DNA of 64,000 bases from Octopus vulgaris (Eukaryota): NCBI GenBank assembly GCA_951406725.2, contig OX597823.1:6510001-6574000 (forward strand), read 5' to 3'. The position numbers and the translations under genes were made by a program. Below are positions 26,400 to 39,500 of this stretch, piece after piece (within the stretch, counting starts at the first letter, position 1; each line of letters begins with the position of its first letter). The notes beneath the pieces were generated by a model. The model was not told the DNA's origin and did not search any database. It was given only the letters and a program-made list of their open reading frames with translations.

Positions 26400-26960
26400 T
26401 TTGGTGAATCGATTCTCTTTCTGAGAATAATCAACAACCATTAATTTTTTATGGCATTCCTTGGTAGAAACAGCAACTTGAAAAAGTCTTAAAAAACGTT
26501 TCTGCCTCGAGATATCGGACTTGTAATTTGACGAATCTTGATATGACTTATTGTAAGAACGAGGCTTAATAGCAATAGATTTACAGTCACAGGGGGACAT
26601 CATAAGCATTGTCCTGAAGACAGAAACTGACCATAACATATCCACTGTTAATATCCTTAAAACTAGTACATTTCTTTTTTCTGGAGCTGGACTTGGACCT
26701 TTTCACGAACTGAAGAAAGATGTCGAAGACTCAGTAGTTGTGGCCAAGATGAAACTTGACCCATTCGTGTTGAAAGAGTTGCTTCTGGTTTTGAAATAGT
26801 TGCATCAGTAAATCAGGGAGGAAGGCCTATTGATTCTTTTCTTAAATGTCTCGCAGAGTTCTGAGTTAAAACATCTTTAAATCGAGAAAGAAGCTTCCTC
26901 AATCACAAAGTTAATACAATATTAGGAGCTTTGCTTAAGTTGAAAATGATTCAACCATTT
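26400..26960 (+). mobile_element. Highly decayed Ty3/gypsy RT-RNase H fragment
   Basis: Colinear with 32890-33150; ELKH..IEKEA motif. Confidence 0.55.
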
Positions 26961-27164
26961 TGCTGGCGTATGTCATGTGATTAAGACGTCGTCATTCTAA
27001 TATGGTGATATGAGTTGCAATTACCTGCTTCTTACACAATGGTCCTAACAATGGTTGTTTCAAGAAGAACCTGACTCAAATTCTTACGGTGGAATAAACA
27101 AGACTTATTCTGGTTATTAATTTTGCTTCCTTGTAAATAACAAGCAGTAAACTTAGTAAAAATG

Positions 27165-27560
27165 GTTAGGGTGTTTAGTAGGGTAGTCTATTGTGACCTT
27201 GATACTCTGATGGATGGAGTTAGCTATTTGCTGGATGCTCTCCATAGTATTAGTTTCTATTACTATATCAACAGTACTCTCTTGTGGGGGTGCTTTTATC
27301 ACCATGTTGATATCATCAACATAGTGAGAGTACATGTTTACGAGTATGGAGTTCTGTGTCAGGCATACCTTAAGCCTTTTGTCCCACCATACCATGAAAA
27401 GTTTGGTCACATCACCGGCGATACTAACGCCGATGGATGCCCCCTCGTCTTGGGCATATATTTTGTTGTTAACCTTAAACGTGTTGCCTTTTTGGGTAAC
27501 TCTTATAATAGCTCCTAGTGCATGTGCGATCATTTTCTTTACCTGATGGACATTTGCGGG
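27165..27560 (-). mobile_element. Penelope-like RT fragment
   Basis: FKVNNKIYAQDEGASIG...LFMVWWD...HYVDDI, PLE-type RT motifs 4-5. Confidence 0.75.
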
Positions 27561-27609
27561 GCTCCGTAAGGCTCTGGTCCATCCGCTCCATCTCTCTATA
27601 TGGGTCTTC

Positions 27610-28935
27610 CTAGCCATAGAAGTACCTACGCCCCACAAGCGGGCGTACAAAATGATCAGAATGACCACTTTTATGATATCCTTCTACAGGATACCTCAAA
27701 GACAAGTGACACTGACTTCATCCTTGTGGCTGGAGATTTTAATGGGCATGACGGACGGCAATCTGGTGTTTTCCATGGTGTTCATGGGGATCCATGGAAT
27801 TGGTTACAGAAACAAAGAGGGAACTAGGCTATTGGAGTTCCGTGATGCTAGCAACCAACTGATCTGCAACACCAACTTCAGGAAGCCAACCAGCCACCTG
27901 ATAACCTATCAATCATGCGACTCTGCTAGCCCGATTGATTTCATCCTCACCAGACAGCGGAATGCATGGTTGCTGTTAAATACAAATGCCCTGCTTGGTG
28001 AAGAATGTACTCCCCAGCATAGGCTAGTCATCAGTGACCTTCGACTCGAGGCCACAAGGATGCCAAGAAGCAGACCAATCCAGAAAAGAAGGATTTGGAA
28101 GCTTAAGAATCCTTCTCATGGTCAGAGATTTAGGGACATCCTCATTGAGAAATTTAATGAGAGGGAGGAGAAGCTACAGATTTGTGACATAGGGGGTAAC
28201 TGGAAATTCCTGCGTGACAGCTTACTGAGCGCCACAGATCTAAAATCTGTGACTGCAAAGTCCCTTCTAGATCTAGGGTAACGTGGTGCTGGAATAATAC
28301 GGTAGACAAGACCACCAGAGCAAAGAAACAGGCTTGGGAAACCTGGAAGAATAGCGATAGGGAGACTGGGAGACAGATATATATATATATATATATATAT
28401 CCAAGGGAGAAGCAGAAAATAGGTCTGCCAATGTTCAGCGATGTGAGGACAAAAGAACCGAAGTATTTCGGATTAAAAGAAAGTGTGCGAGGGAGAATTG
28501 TGATGTCACAGGACAGACGTGTGTCCGCATGGATGATGGTGCACTTCAGTTTAATGAATCTGCAAAGAAAGAGGCTTGGGGATGCCACTATTCAAGACTG
28601 CTGAATGTGGAGAATGAATGAGAGGATGGGAGCCTACCAAATGTTGAACCAGTTAAGGGAGCAGCTACCAAAATCTATAGCAATCTGGTAGATAAAGCAA
28701 TTAAGGATATTGAAGTTAGGAAAAGCCATCCACCCATCAGGAATCACTGCTGAAATACTTAAAATATCTGGTGATGTGGGTTATAGTCTAGTCACCCGTA
28801 TTGTAAATCAGGTGGTACACGAAGGAGTCACACCCAATGACTGGTGAAGCAGCAGCATAGTCAACTGCTACAAAGGTAAAGGTGATGCTTTAGATAGAAG
28901 TAACTACAAAGGTAGAAAATTGCTGGATCATGTGT
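27610..28935 (+). mobile_element. Decayed RTE-clade LINE (APE endonuclease to start of RT)
   Basis: TYAPQAG, GDFNGH, RNKEGTRLLEF, IDFIL, PQHRLV, YKGKGDALDRSNYKG motifs; frameshifted. Confidence 0.85.
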
Positions 28936-29359
28936 ATAAGGATCAACGTTAATGATCATTATACTTATACTCTTAGAGATTTGATTTTTAATTCTTTTAA
29001 TTTATAACAATGTTATTTTGACCTGAAACATTCAGGGTACGTACCTAAACATCATATCATGACACACATCTGGCTACATAACAACAACAACAACAACAAC
29101 AATATCCTATCAGAAAACTTAGGAAAGACCTTAGTAGTAAAAGAAACAAAAATTTTCCCGTTAACTCACCTGTTTACAAATAAACAACAAAATATTTTAT
29201 TTCTCTGTCCTAAAAGACATCATTAACTCTATTGTGTCTTCTTATTTATCCATTTTACCAACCACGTTAACCTCGATTTTATGAAATTTCAGTGGAATAT
29301 TTAATAGAATCCTATTAGAGCTAATCTTTCAAATAGAAATTCAGAATGGAACCAATTAT

Positions 29360-30760
29360 GACTATTCTGAAACGAATGGCCAGAAGCAAAATAGTCACCT
29401 TCCTTGAGGAAAATGACTTGCTGGCTGACACCCAACATGGTTTCCCACCAGGAGGAAGCTGCCTGACTCAGCTCTTACAACATTATGACTGGGTACTGAA
29501 ACAGCTGCTCAACCACTCAAAAGTGGAAGTCATATATCTGGATTTTGCAAAGGCCTTTGATAAAGTTGATCATGGAATGATATGTCACAAACAGCGTGAT
29601 CTCGGCATAGTCGGAAAATTGGGAGAATGGCCGAATGACTTTCTGAAGGATAGAAATCAGGTGGTAGTAGCCAATGGGGCCGCCTCCAATGACATGCAAA
29701 TAGTGAGTGGTGTTCAACAAGGCACTGTTTTGTGACCACTACTGTTCATAATGGCCATCTCAGATATGTCCTCAGCCACGCTGAAAGCTACAATCACAAG
29801 TTATGCAGATGATACAAAAGTCTTACAGGTGATACAGAACCTTGAAGACACTTTGCACCTGCAAGACGAGAAGAATGAAAGGATAGCATGCGGTTTAATT
29901 CTGAATAGTTTCAAGACGTGCTATCAGCATGCAAAACTAAATGCAATACCCAATAAATAAACTGGACTGGGAGGGATTGCAATCCCAGAGACTCAGTCAG
30001 TGCGAGACCTGGGCATTTACATGAGTAATGATGCGTCTTACAATGTTCATGTTGCTAAGTTGGCAATGAAATACAGGTGACTGACTGGATGGATTCTTAG
30101 AACTTTTAGAACAAGAGACCAGGAAACCATGATGTTCCTCTGGAGGACACTTGTCCTAAGCCACTTTGACTATTGCTCTCAGCTATGGTCACCAACCAGG
30201 GTCACATTCATTTCAGGACTTGAGACGATCCAACAAAGCTACACAAAGCTACCCTTTATGTAACATATACGTAACTGGGAAAGACTCAAGAGATTAAGAC
30301 TCAATTCCTTAGAGAGTAGGCGAGAAAGATATGTCATAATATACATCTGGAAGACATGTCCCAAACTTTAGCATCGAGAATTACACAAATACTAGAACAG
30401 GGCGCCTCTGCATAGTGCCAAGGACTTCAAATTTGCCATAAAGTTACAGGACATGATACTGCAACAGCCTGGAATTCAGGGGACCACATCTCTTCAATAT
30501 CCTCCCGAATGACCAGAGAGACCTGCATGGGGTCGATGTAGGTATCTGCAAAGTGAAACTGGACCTCTTACTGTCAAGTGTTCCAGATGAACCAACTTCA
30601 TAGTAGGAGGAGCAGATGAGGGCTGCGGCATTAAACTCCCTCATGCACCAAATGTCACTTTCTAAAATGCATCAGTCAAGTAAAATTACGTAGCAACACC
30701 AAATGGTGGTGCCACAGCATGGCCACAACTCATGAGCTGAAATTAAATCAAATCTAATCA
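29360..30760 (+). mobile_element. Decayed, 5'-truncated CR1/L2-group LINE related to 940-2470
   Basis: QHGF, YLDFAKAFDKVDH, GVQQGTVL, YADD, YCSQLWSP, YWERLK motifs; stops and frameshifts. Confidence 0.9.
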
Positions 30761-31472
30761 ATTCTCTACTAATTTTGATACCAAATAATTCGTTTAAAAA
30801 CTAATAATTTCTATTAATAACTGCTTATCATTTTCTGAAATAAATTTGATGTAATTTAAATATTTTTTTTGTATTTAATTTCAGATCAACCAACTTTATT
30901 CACTCCAATCACAAAAGAATCCAATAACGAGTGGATAATGCTTAGGAGTCTTCCTCTCTTGTTTCACTAAATTTTGCACGGCGGAGCTTCCTGCCACGTC
31001 TCATAAATTTTATTTATTTAATCTGAGTACATGATGCAAAAACTCGATATTTCATTGCAAATTAAAATGGAATAAAAGTCGTGCAGTTTAAAGGATAATA
31101 TTGTAGGGGAAAATAGTACTTTTCCATTATCAGAAGTTATCTGAAAAGTGGGAGACACTGTGGATTTCCCACAATCACATGGAATTAAAAAAACAAATGT
31201 GTAATTATTTTAATATGACAGGATTTTTCAGCACAGTTATTATTACATATTTAAATTTTGGATAAAGTTTTATTTTTCACTGAAAAACTAACTGCAGTAC
31301 TTAGTAAATAATGATAATCCTAAGGCTAGAATATAAATCAAAAGTAGTTCTTAATTGCTCACGCAACCACCTGATTCTTTATGCAACCACCCCGACTCTG
31401 GAATGGCCTGTCTTCAACCACAACAATACAAAGTGAAATATTCATATAGACACTATTACTATATGATACACA

Positions 31473-31946
31473 AGGTGGCGAACTGGCAGACACGTTAGCA
31501 CGCCAGGTGAAATTCGTCTGCCGTTACGTTCTGAGTTCATGATATGATGTTTAGGTACGTACCCTGAATGTCTCAGGTCAAAATAACATTGTTATAAATT
31601 AAAAGAATTGAAAATTCTGCCGAGGTCGACTTTGCCTTTCATCCTTTCGTGGTCTATAAATCAAGTACCAGTTACGCACTGGGGTCGATGTAATCGACTT
31701 AATCCGTTTGTCTGTCCTTGTTTGTCCTCTCTGTGTTTAGCCCCTTGTAGGTAGTACAGAAATAGTTATTTCGTCTGCCGTTACGTTCTGAGTTCAAATT
31801 CCGTCAAGGTCGACTTTGCCTGTCATCCTTTAGGGGTCTATAAATAAAGTACCAGTTTCGCACTGGGGTCGATGTAATCGACTTAATCCCTTTGCCTGTT
31901 CTTGTTTGTCCCCCCATGTTTAGCCTCTTGTGGGCAATAAAGAAAT
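31473..31946 (+). mobile_element. SINE family D, dimeric body
   Basis: GGTGGCGAACTGGCAGA head, GAGTTCAAATTCC B-box, body repeated twice, AATAAAGAAAT end. Confidence 0.8.
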
Positions 31947-32146
31947 ATATCGCTATATGATACGCAAAGAGGAAGGACATTAATATTTCTGTACCAGACA
32001 TGCTACTCTTAGCTATAAATTAAGGCAAGTAACTGTCAATATACCAGAGTATATTAAAACTGTTTTTATAACAATGGGAGTGTTTAGGGAGGTGAGTAGA
32101 TATACAACAACAGCAACAACAACAAATGGACATTTCAAAGTTTATC

Positions 32147-32152
32147 TTTATT
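32147..32152 (-). promoter_or_regulatory. Candidate polyadenylation signal of the ANK-RING-death-domain gene
   Basis: AATAAA on the - strand about 240 nt after the stop codon. Confidence 0.4.
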
Positions 32153-32389
32153 TCAAACCTTAATCTCTAGCATGAAATCCAAATCATTCAGGGAATTTTT
32201 TTCTGTGGTCTATAGACGTGCTACAATTAGTAGCTGAATCCTCCTTGATTCGCAATGTATTACCTTAAACAAGGACACATTGGACAATGTGCTTATGGGT
32301 TGTCAATAATTAGGATAAAGATAGGATGGTCCTGGATGGAAGGCGAAGGTAAACCTTGGACTTAATAAGATCAGCAACTACACAGAGAT

Positions 32390-32595
32390 TCAGTTTTTGT
32401 CCAGCGATAGACATTCAAGGGCATCATAACATTCAGCTTCTTCAAGAGCTGCTTTTATTGTTTCAGCTGTACGTCTCTTTGGATCACAACTTGTGAACCA
32501 TTTGTACATCATCTGATAGCTCTGTTCTACAATGTCATTACTATTGTCACGCTTGATAATTTCCAGCTCAGAAGTTTTAATATCCAAGAAAATAC
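32390..32595 (-). CDS. Exon 13: death domain C-terminal part and stop
   Basis: (G)[67 protein letters not shown]. Confidence 0.9.
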
Positions 32596-33530
32596 CTGCA
32601 AAAGATATAAGAATAAGAAATAATTGCAACAACATTAACAATTATATGAAAGACGTGTACTGTAGGTTGTTATAAATATAACAAAGAAACTACATATGAG
32701 ACTTAAAGAAATAGTTAAGAAACATGAAAAATATAAGACATCTTCATCGACATTTTCAAAGAAAGATAGTTTGACATTGTAAGTATTGTCTGGAAGACAC
32801 AAACTAACCCTAACTCGTCCAATGTTAGTACCTTCTAATATGGAGACATCATTTTTAAGTTAAAATTTAAACTCTAAGCAACAATAGCACATTTCCTTTT
32901 TCTGGAGCTGGACTCGACTCTTTTCAACGAAAGAAGAAAGATATTGAGGAAACAGTAGTTGGGGCCATGATGAAACTTCACTATTTCTTGTCGAAACCAA
33001 TGCTTCTGGTTTTGCAATGACTGCAACAGTAAATCGGGGAAGAATATCTATTGCTTTTTTTCTCACATTTCTTGAAGGATCCTGAGTTGAAACATCCTTC
33101 AGTTGAAAAAGAAACTTCCTTAATTATAGAGTCTATACACTATTAGAAGCATATGAGTTGGAATTCCTTGCATCTTACACAATGATCCTAACAATGGTTG
33201 TTTCAAGAAGAATCGAACTCAAAGTCTTTTGCTAGAATAAACGAGACTTATTCTGGTTGTTAACTTCCTTACAGATACCAAGCACCAAAATTTAGTAAAA
33301 ATATAAGACACAGAAAGACATTGTAATTAACCCACCTGTTTATCCTTAAACAACATTGTGTTTTACAGTTCTATATTTAAGAGATGAGGAATTATTTACA
33401 TTTGATGGATATTTGTCCTCATCTTGTTTGTTGTTAACACAACGCTTCAGCTGATATACCCTCCAGCCTTCTTCAGATGTCTTGGGGAAATTTCGAACTT
33501 GGGTTCTCATTCCTAAGGAATTTTTTGATG

Positions 33531-33597
<67 letters not shown>

Positions 33598-36500
33598 AGT
33601 CACTGCCTGGAATTGAACTCGGAGTTATGGGGTTAGTAGCCCATTACACCATATGCATGTGTTTTGCTAATTTATCTATTTTATCAGACATTCTAACCTC
33701 AATTTTATTGAATTTTATTTATAGCTTTAATATAATTCTTTCACAGTTAACATTCCGAATGGAAATTAAGAATGGAATCTGTTCTCAGTCATTCTGACAT
33801 TCAAAAGCTCAGCTGATGGTAAAATTTACAGAAATCAACAAGTATTGTTATTTTATACTCACCAACTTTCCACCATTCACCACCTAACCGAAGTGCCACT
33901 TTCAGGAGATCCTTCTCTTCCAGTTTTTGAGAATCTGAAATAAATACCTGCATGGTTTACATTTTATAGTAAATTTTTTTAATGTTTATTAATAAAATAT
34001 TAAGCACCATCCGAAAATGGCCGATACCGGTGCCGCCTTGACTGGGTTCCGTGCTGGTGGCACGAAAAAAGCACCAACCGATTGTGGCCGTTGCCAGCCT
34101 CCCATGGCACCTGTGACGGTGCACATAAAAAGAACCCACTACACTCCCGGAGTGGTTGGCGTTAGGAGGGGCATCCAACTGTAGATACACTGCCAGATCA
34201 GACTGAGGCCTGGTGCAGCCTCCTGGCTTCCCAGACCCCGTCCAGCCCATGCTAGCATGGAAAGCGGACGTTAAACGAACGAACGATGATTGCAACAGAC
34301 ACCTGCTTAAACAACAACCAATCAACAAAAATGCAAAACAAAGAATAACAGTCATTAATTCACCTGTTCAAACTTAAACAACATCATATTTTACTCCTGT
34401 CTTCCAAAAGACAATATTAACTCTATTGTATCTTCTAATTTATCCATTTTAACAACTGTGCTAACTTTATTTACATTCGACGGATATTTGTTCTCATCTT
34501 GTTTGTTGTTAACATGTTTCGGCTGATTGACCCTCCAGCCTTCTTCGGGTGACTTGGGGAAATTTCGAATCTGAGTTCTCATTCCTAAGGTGGTGGTTGT
34601 TGTTGTTGTTGTTCAGGTCACTGCTTGGAATCGAACTCAGAATCTTCGGGTTAGTAGCCCGCGCTCTTAACCACTACGCCATATGCTCGTGGGCATATCA
34701 GCCGAAACGATGTGTTAACAACAAACAAGATGAGGACAAATATCCGTAAAATGTAAATAATGTACATAATTCCTCATCTCTTAAATATAGAACGTGCTAA
34801 CGCTGTTCATGAAGTTTCAGTAATATCGTGAATAGAATTATTTTTCGGTTAACCATTCAATTTAAATGTAGGAATGGAACTGTTCTCAATCATTATGATA
34901 TTCAAAAAGGATGAGGTGATGGTAAAATTTATAGAAATCAAGGAGTTGTTGTTATTTTATACTCACCACCTGGCTCTGTCTCTGTCTGGACTTCCTTCTC
35001 CTCGAACTTTGGACTCACTGAAATAAATACTTCAAAGTTTTACACATTGTTCTATGATTGCCTTATCTTTATTAACAATCTGTATTTCATTATTGGGAGT
35101 ACAATGACACACTGCCTGCGAGGTCAATACCAAATATCTGTATAGCGTCTGATTAATGAGCATGGAAACTTCATTACAATGAATATGATTATCTCTCAGC
35201 AATGGTCGACTATGCTTTTGGTCAATATTCTTGTACTTTTTACTCACCTTTTTAGTTCCTGCTTCAAAAGACAATATTATCACTAGTGCGTTTTCTAATT
35301 GATCGATTTCATGAAATTTCAGTAATATCTTTAATAGAATTACGAAGATGTACTTGCATAGCAAGTGACCTGATTTGAGATCGTCTGCTGGAACGAAAAC
35401 TATTGCAGCATGCACGGTGTTTATAAGCCATTTAAGAAACACAAAAACCGTTAGATTCACTTCAACATTTAAATTCAATTTGTCAAAATATTTTCCTCGC
35501 TTTGAGACTGTGACCTGTTCACTGACAAAACTCTGTGCTGCATTTAATAGAATTATTTTAGTTAACCTTTCAAATAGAAATTATGAACAGAATCTATTCT
35601 CAGTCATTCTGACAAATAAAGTGGCTGCGGTGAAAGTAAAAGTTATAGAAATCAATTCGGTACTATCATTTTATACTCACCAAATGGTTCTGCCACTGTC
35701 TGGACCCCCTTCTCTTTAAACTTTGGACTCTCTGAAATAAGACAAATATTTTCAAGCTTTAAATTAAAATGTTTCTTATTTGTGTCAATATAACAAAATT
35801 TTTACTTGTTTTTTGTCTTTGGTCAGGAAGTGTTATTTCTTATTTGCTTCAAATTAGATATCAAAGGAAATGGCTACTGTTCCTTTCAAACTTTGTCTTT
35901 CTGACCGGGGACGTTTTCAAACTGACCAATTTACCATTACATCTGAGACAGAAATATCCTTGTATTCTGCTCTATACCACAAATCTGTTTATCAATTGCC
36001 TGACCTTAACCACTTGAACGTGTCCCTTAATGGCTGACAATATGTGTATCTCTGATCATGAGCAGGAGTAGTGAGGGAGCATCATAGATATGTGCTAAGA
36101 GGGGATTTGGGGATTTTTTTAAATAAATATAACAAAAGCAAACTTTGAAGGAAATATTAGCCATTTTCCATAGATTCTCAGGTTAAGCAAACAGGAAATA
36201 ACAGTTACTAGCCAAGGATAAAAGTCGTGTTACACAGGGTAACTAGTATTTCATTATTGTGAAACTTTCTTATCATCAATGGTTAAAGGCTGGTATTGTG
36301 TAACAGCCCAGCATTTAGATCCACGACAAAGTAGACTAACCTTCCTAAACCTCCCCACTTTAGTCCCTTAGTTTTGTATTTTCTTATATCTGTGTCACAT
36401 GTCATTGTCCTGTCTGCTCTATACTTTACTAACAAACATTCCCCTCCTCTTCAGCTTAATTCCACCGTCAACTGAGTCAGTCATTGAGGATCGAGCCAAA

Positions 36501-39500
36501 TATATGATACACCACATCAGGTTGGATAAACACACACTTGCTCTCTTTGTTAGACGTTGCTGCTGGTAACCTTTAATTTTAACTTCCTGCATCACAGTTC
36601 ACCAGAATATTATCTGAGTCAAGAAACATTTGAAGACTCCTTAAAGAAGTTTTCTCTCCAGGTGAGCAATGATTAGATTTATACAGATGGAACAGCAGAA
36701 AGTGGTTTCAGGTGTCCTAAAACACTGTACACTTGTACAAAACATCATTAACTACACATAACTGTTCATCAACCCCGTATTGCAGTGAACATATCTGAAA
36801 TGGTACGTAATAAATGATACTAAAGTATAAAGGTTATTTCTGTCAAACCTCATGTAGATATTAATCAAATTTTGCGACCCGTTTGAGGTCCCTTTATCAA
36901 TGGCGTAGACTTCAATAAGGTGGAAACCTAGTTACCAGAAAATTTGAGGATATAGTTGCTAGAATAAAAATTGGCTGGGTAAAGTTCAGAGATATTATTT
37001 TTGTTGGTAACAAAGGGCCTCTCCCTAAGAGTGGAAAGCAGATTGGATGAAAAATAGGCTGTGAACATAAAAGACATGCAAAGGGTTGGAGACAAATGAA
37101 GCCAGCATGCTCCACTGGATGTACAACATCAGTGTTCAGGTAAGTCACAGTGGAAATGTCTTAAGAGAAAATCTAGGTATAAGAGTTATCCGATGTAGAG
37201 TTCAAAAGAGAGATCTTTCATAGTATGGTCATGTGATGCATATGGATGAGGACGACTGCATAAAGAAATGCGGATCTCTAAATGTGGAGAGAACCTCAGG
37301 AGGACAAAGTGGTAAGAAATGATCTTCAGATGTTGGGCCTCACACGGGAGGTGATTAAAACGACTGAGACAATCAGTAATTTGCTGTGCTTGGAAAGACC
37401 CACCTGGCTAAGTAAATCCGAGGCCATAAAGGCATGTCCTTCATGTGCATACCATCCGTCTTAAAACAAACCATCCGCCATACACCTAACAAACATTCCA
37501 CGCTTCCCATCCTTCCAACACGCCTTTCCCGAACATGATCCCCACCGGCTGCATACTTCCCCATGTACCTATCTGCATATGTCTCTCGCTTGAATCTCTT
37601 CTCCACAGCGTATACTCTCAATACCCCAACCCTCTAGAATTCAATAGAAGGTAACAAGGTGTACAATGTTAGGATAGGATACAAGGTGATGCTATCACAA
37701 AATAAGGTTAATATTTCTGACATACAAGGTAAAGAAAATTAATCAATGATAGCTAATTAATTATCGTGTTAATGGTGTATATAGGCAGTTCAATGACACA
37801 TACCCGAGAGTGCAATACTAAATATCTGTGTAGCTTATATATAATCAATCTATATAAACAATAACTCTGAGCACCTTTTCAAACTCCACCCATCTAACAC
37901 CCGTGGACATATTTACAAAGTCAGAAAACAACACAGCTCCCATGACTTTCGGAAACATATTTTCAAGCTGAGAGTTGCTGAAGCATGGAACAAACTGCCG
38001 GCATCAGTTGTTAGTTGTCGGAGCACTGCATCCTTCAAAACTTCCATGCTTTCTGAGATTCGCCAACACTACACCTGATTTTCTTCCCTCTATTCACACG
38101 CAAGCATGTATCTGACTCATACATTGTTCGCTTTCCAGACATTTGTACATTACTGCATATGCTTTATACGCACTTTTGACGAGTTGTGGTGCACCTGAGC
38201 ACTGTATACAATAATTTCATTATTATTATTTTTTAATGAACATGTGACCTTCCTTATAATGAATATGATTGTGTCTCGGCACATTTGATATTATGGGAGT
38301 TCCATGAGCAACAAAAGAAAAATATTACCATATAGAGTGTCAAACACTTATAATTTATAATCCTCGTCAAATAACAACGACCATGTTTCATGATCTAATC
38401 TGAACGTAAGAATCAAGTCAGAACTAAAACCAAAATGTGAAAGGCTCAGAAAACTGTGCCTCTGTTAGCATCAATATCATCTAAAACCAACAAATGTGAG
38501 TAACAGAATGTATAAATGGATGGTAAATGTTATCTAGACAATGTAGTAAATGTGTATTATATGCAGTTACCGACAAGGAATTGTGTGTTCTAGTCACACT
38601 GGGAACCCATCTTCCTGTCTGTATATTTTATGTTCATACCAAAAGGTATTAACATAAAACATACAGATAGGAATAGGCACAGGAGTGGCTGTGTGGTAAG
38701 AAGCTTGCTTCCCAAACATGGTTCCAGGTTTAGTCCCACTTCATGGCATCTTGGGCAAGTGTCTTCCACTATAGCCTCGAGCCGAGCAAAGCCTTTTGAG
38801 TGGACTTGGTAGATGGAAACTGAAAGAAGCCTGTTGTATATGTACATCTATATATATATAAAACTGAGAATGTGTATGTATGGTTGTCTGTTTGTGTGAA
38901 TCCCTAAAACTAAAGAAGTACCCTACCAATTTCATTCAAATTTTACACATGCCTTACTTAGTGTCCATGGAGTGTCATGGGCCAAAAACAGTCTTCAACT
39001 TCTTGCCTAATGCGGGCCCAAGGGCGGATAAACCGCATTTCAAAGCCTTTTGGGCAGCGTTAAAGCCCGTAACTTGAAGAGTATCCAGCCACTTTCCTCC
39101 AAATTTGCAACAAACATTAATCAGGCCCCTCGAAATGCTGTTGGCTAAAAACAGTTTCAGAAGCCGACTATGAGTCCTCCACAAAATGCAGATTAATCAG
39201 ATTTGAGTATACTACACTGGGTTTTATTGTTGTTTTGGGCCATTTTCCGCCGATAAAATATTGACAGTATTTATGCATTATAAGTAACGCATAATGTTTT
39301 ATGAAAAGCTTTTTGTCCAATTTGGCAGAGAAAACGGGAAGAACATTAAAATTTTTGATGCTGCTTGTTATCCCCGCACCACCGGGCCATGTGCATGTGT
39401 GTCTGTGCGGCCAGGTAAATGCACGTATGAGCATGTGTGTGTACTTGTGTGTGCATGGCTCGGTAAAGGCACAACAAACCCCAGAAGTGCCTTCTTGATG

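Noticed and set aside
28990-31609. Inversion or transposon bounded by 73-bp inverted repeats
   Set aside because: The SINE continues on both sides of the second copy, indicating a small insertion rather than element ends
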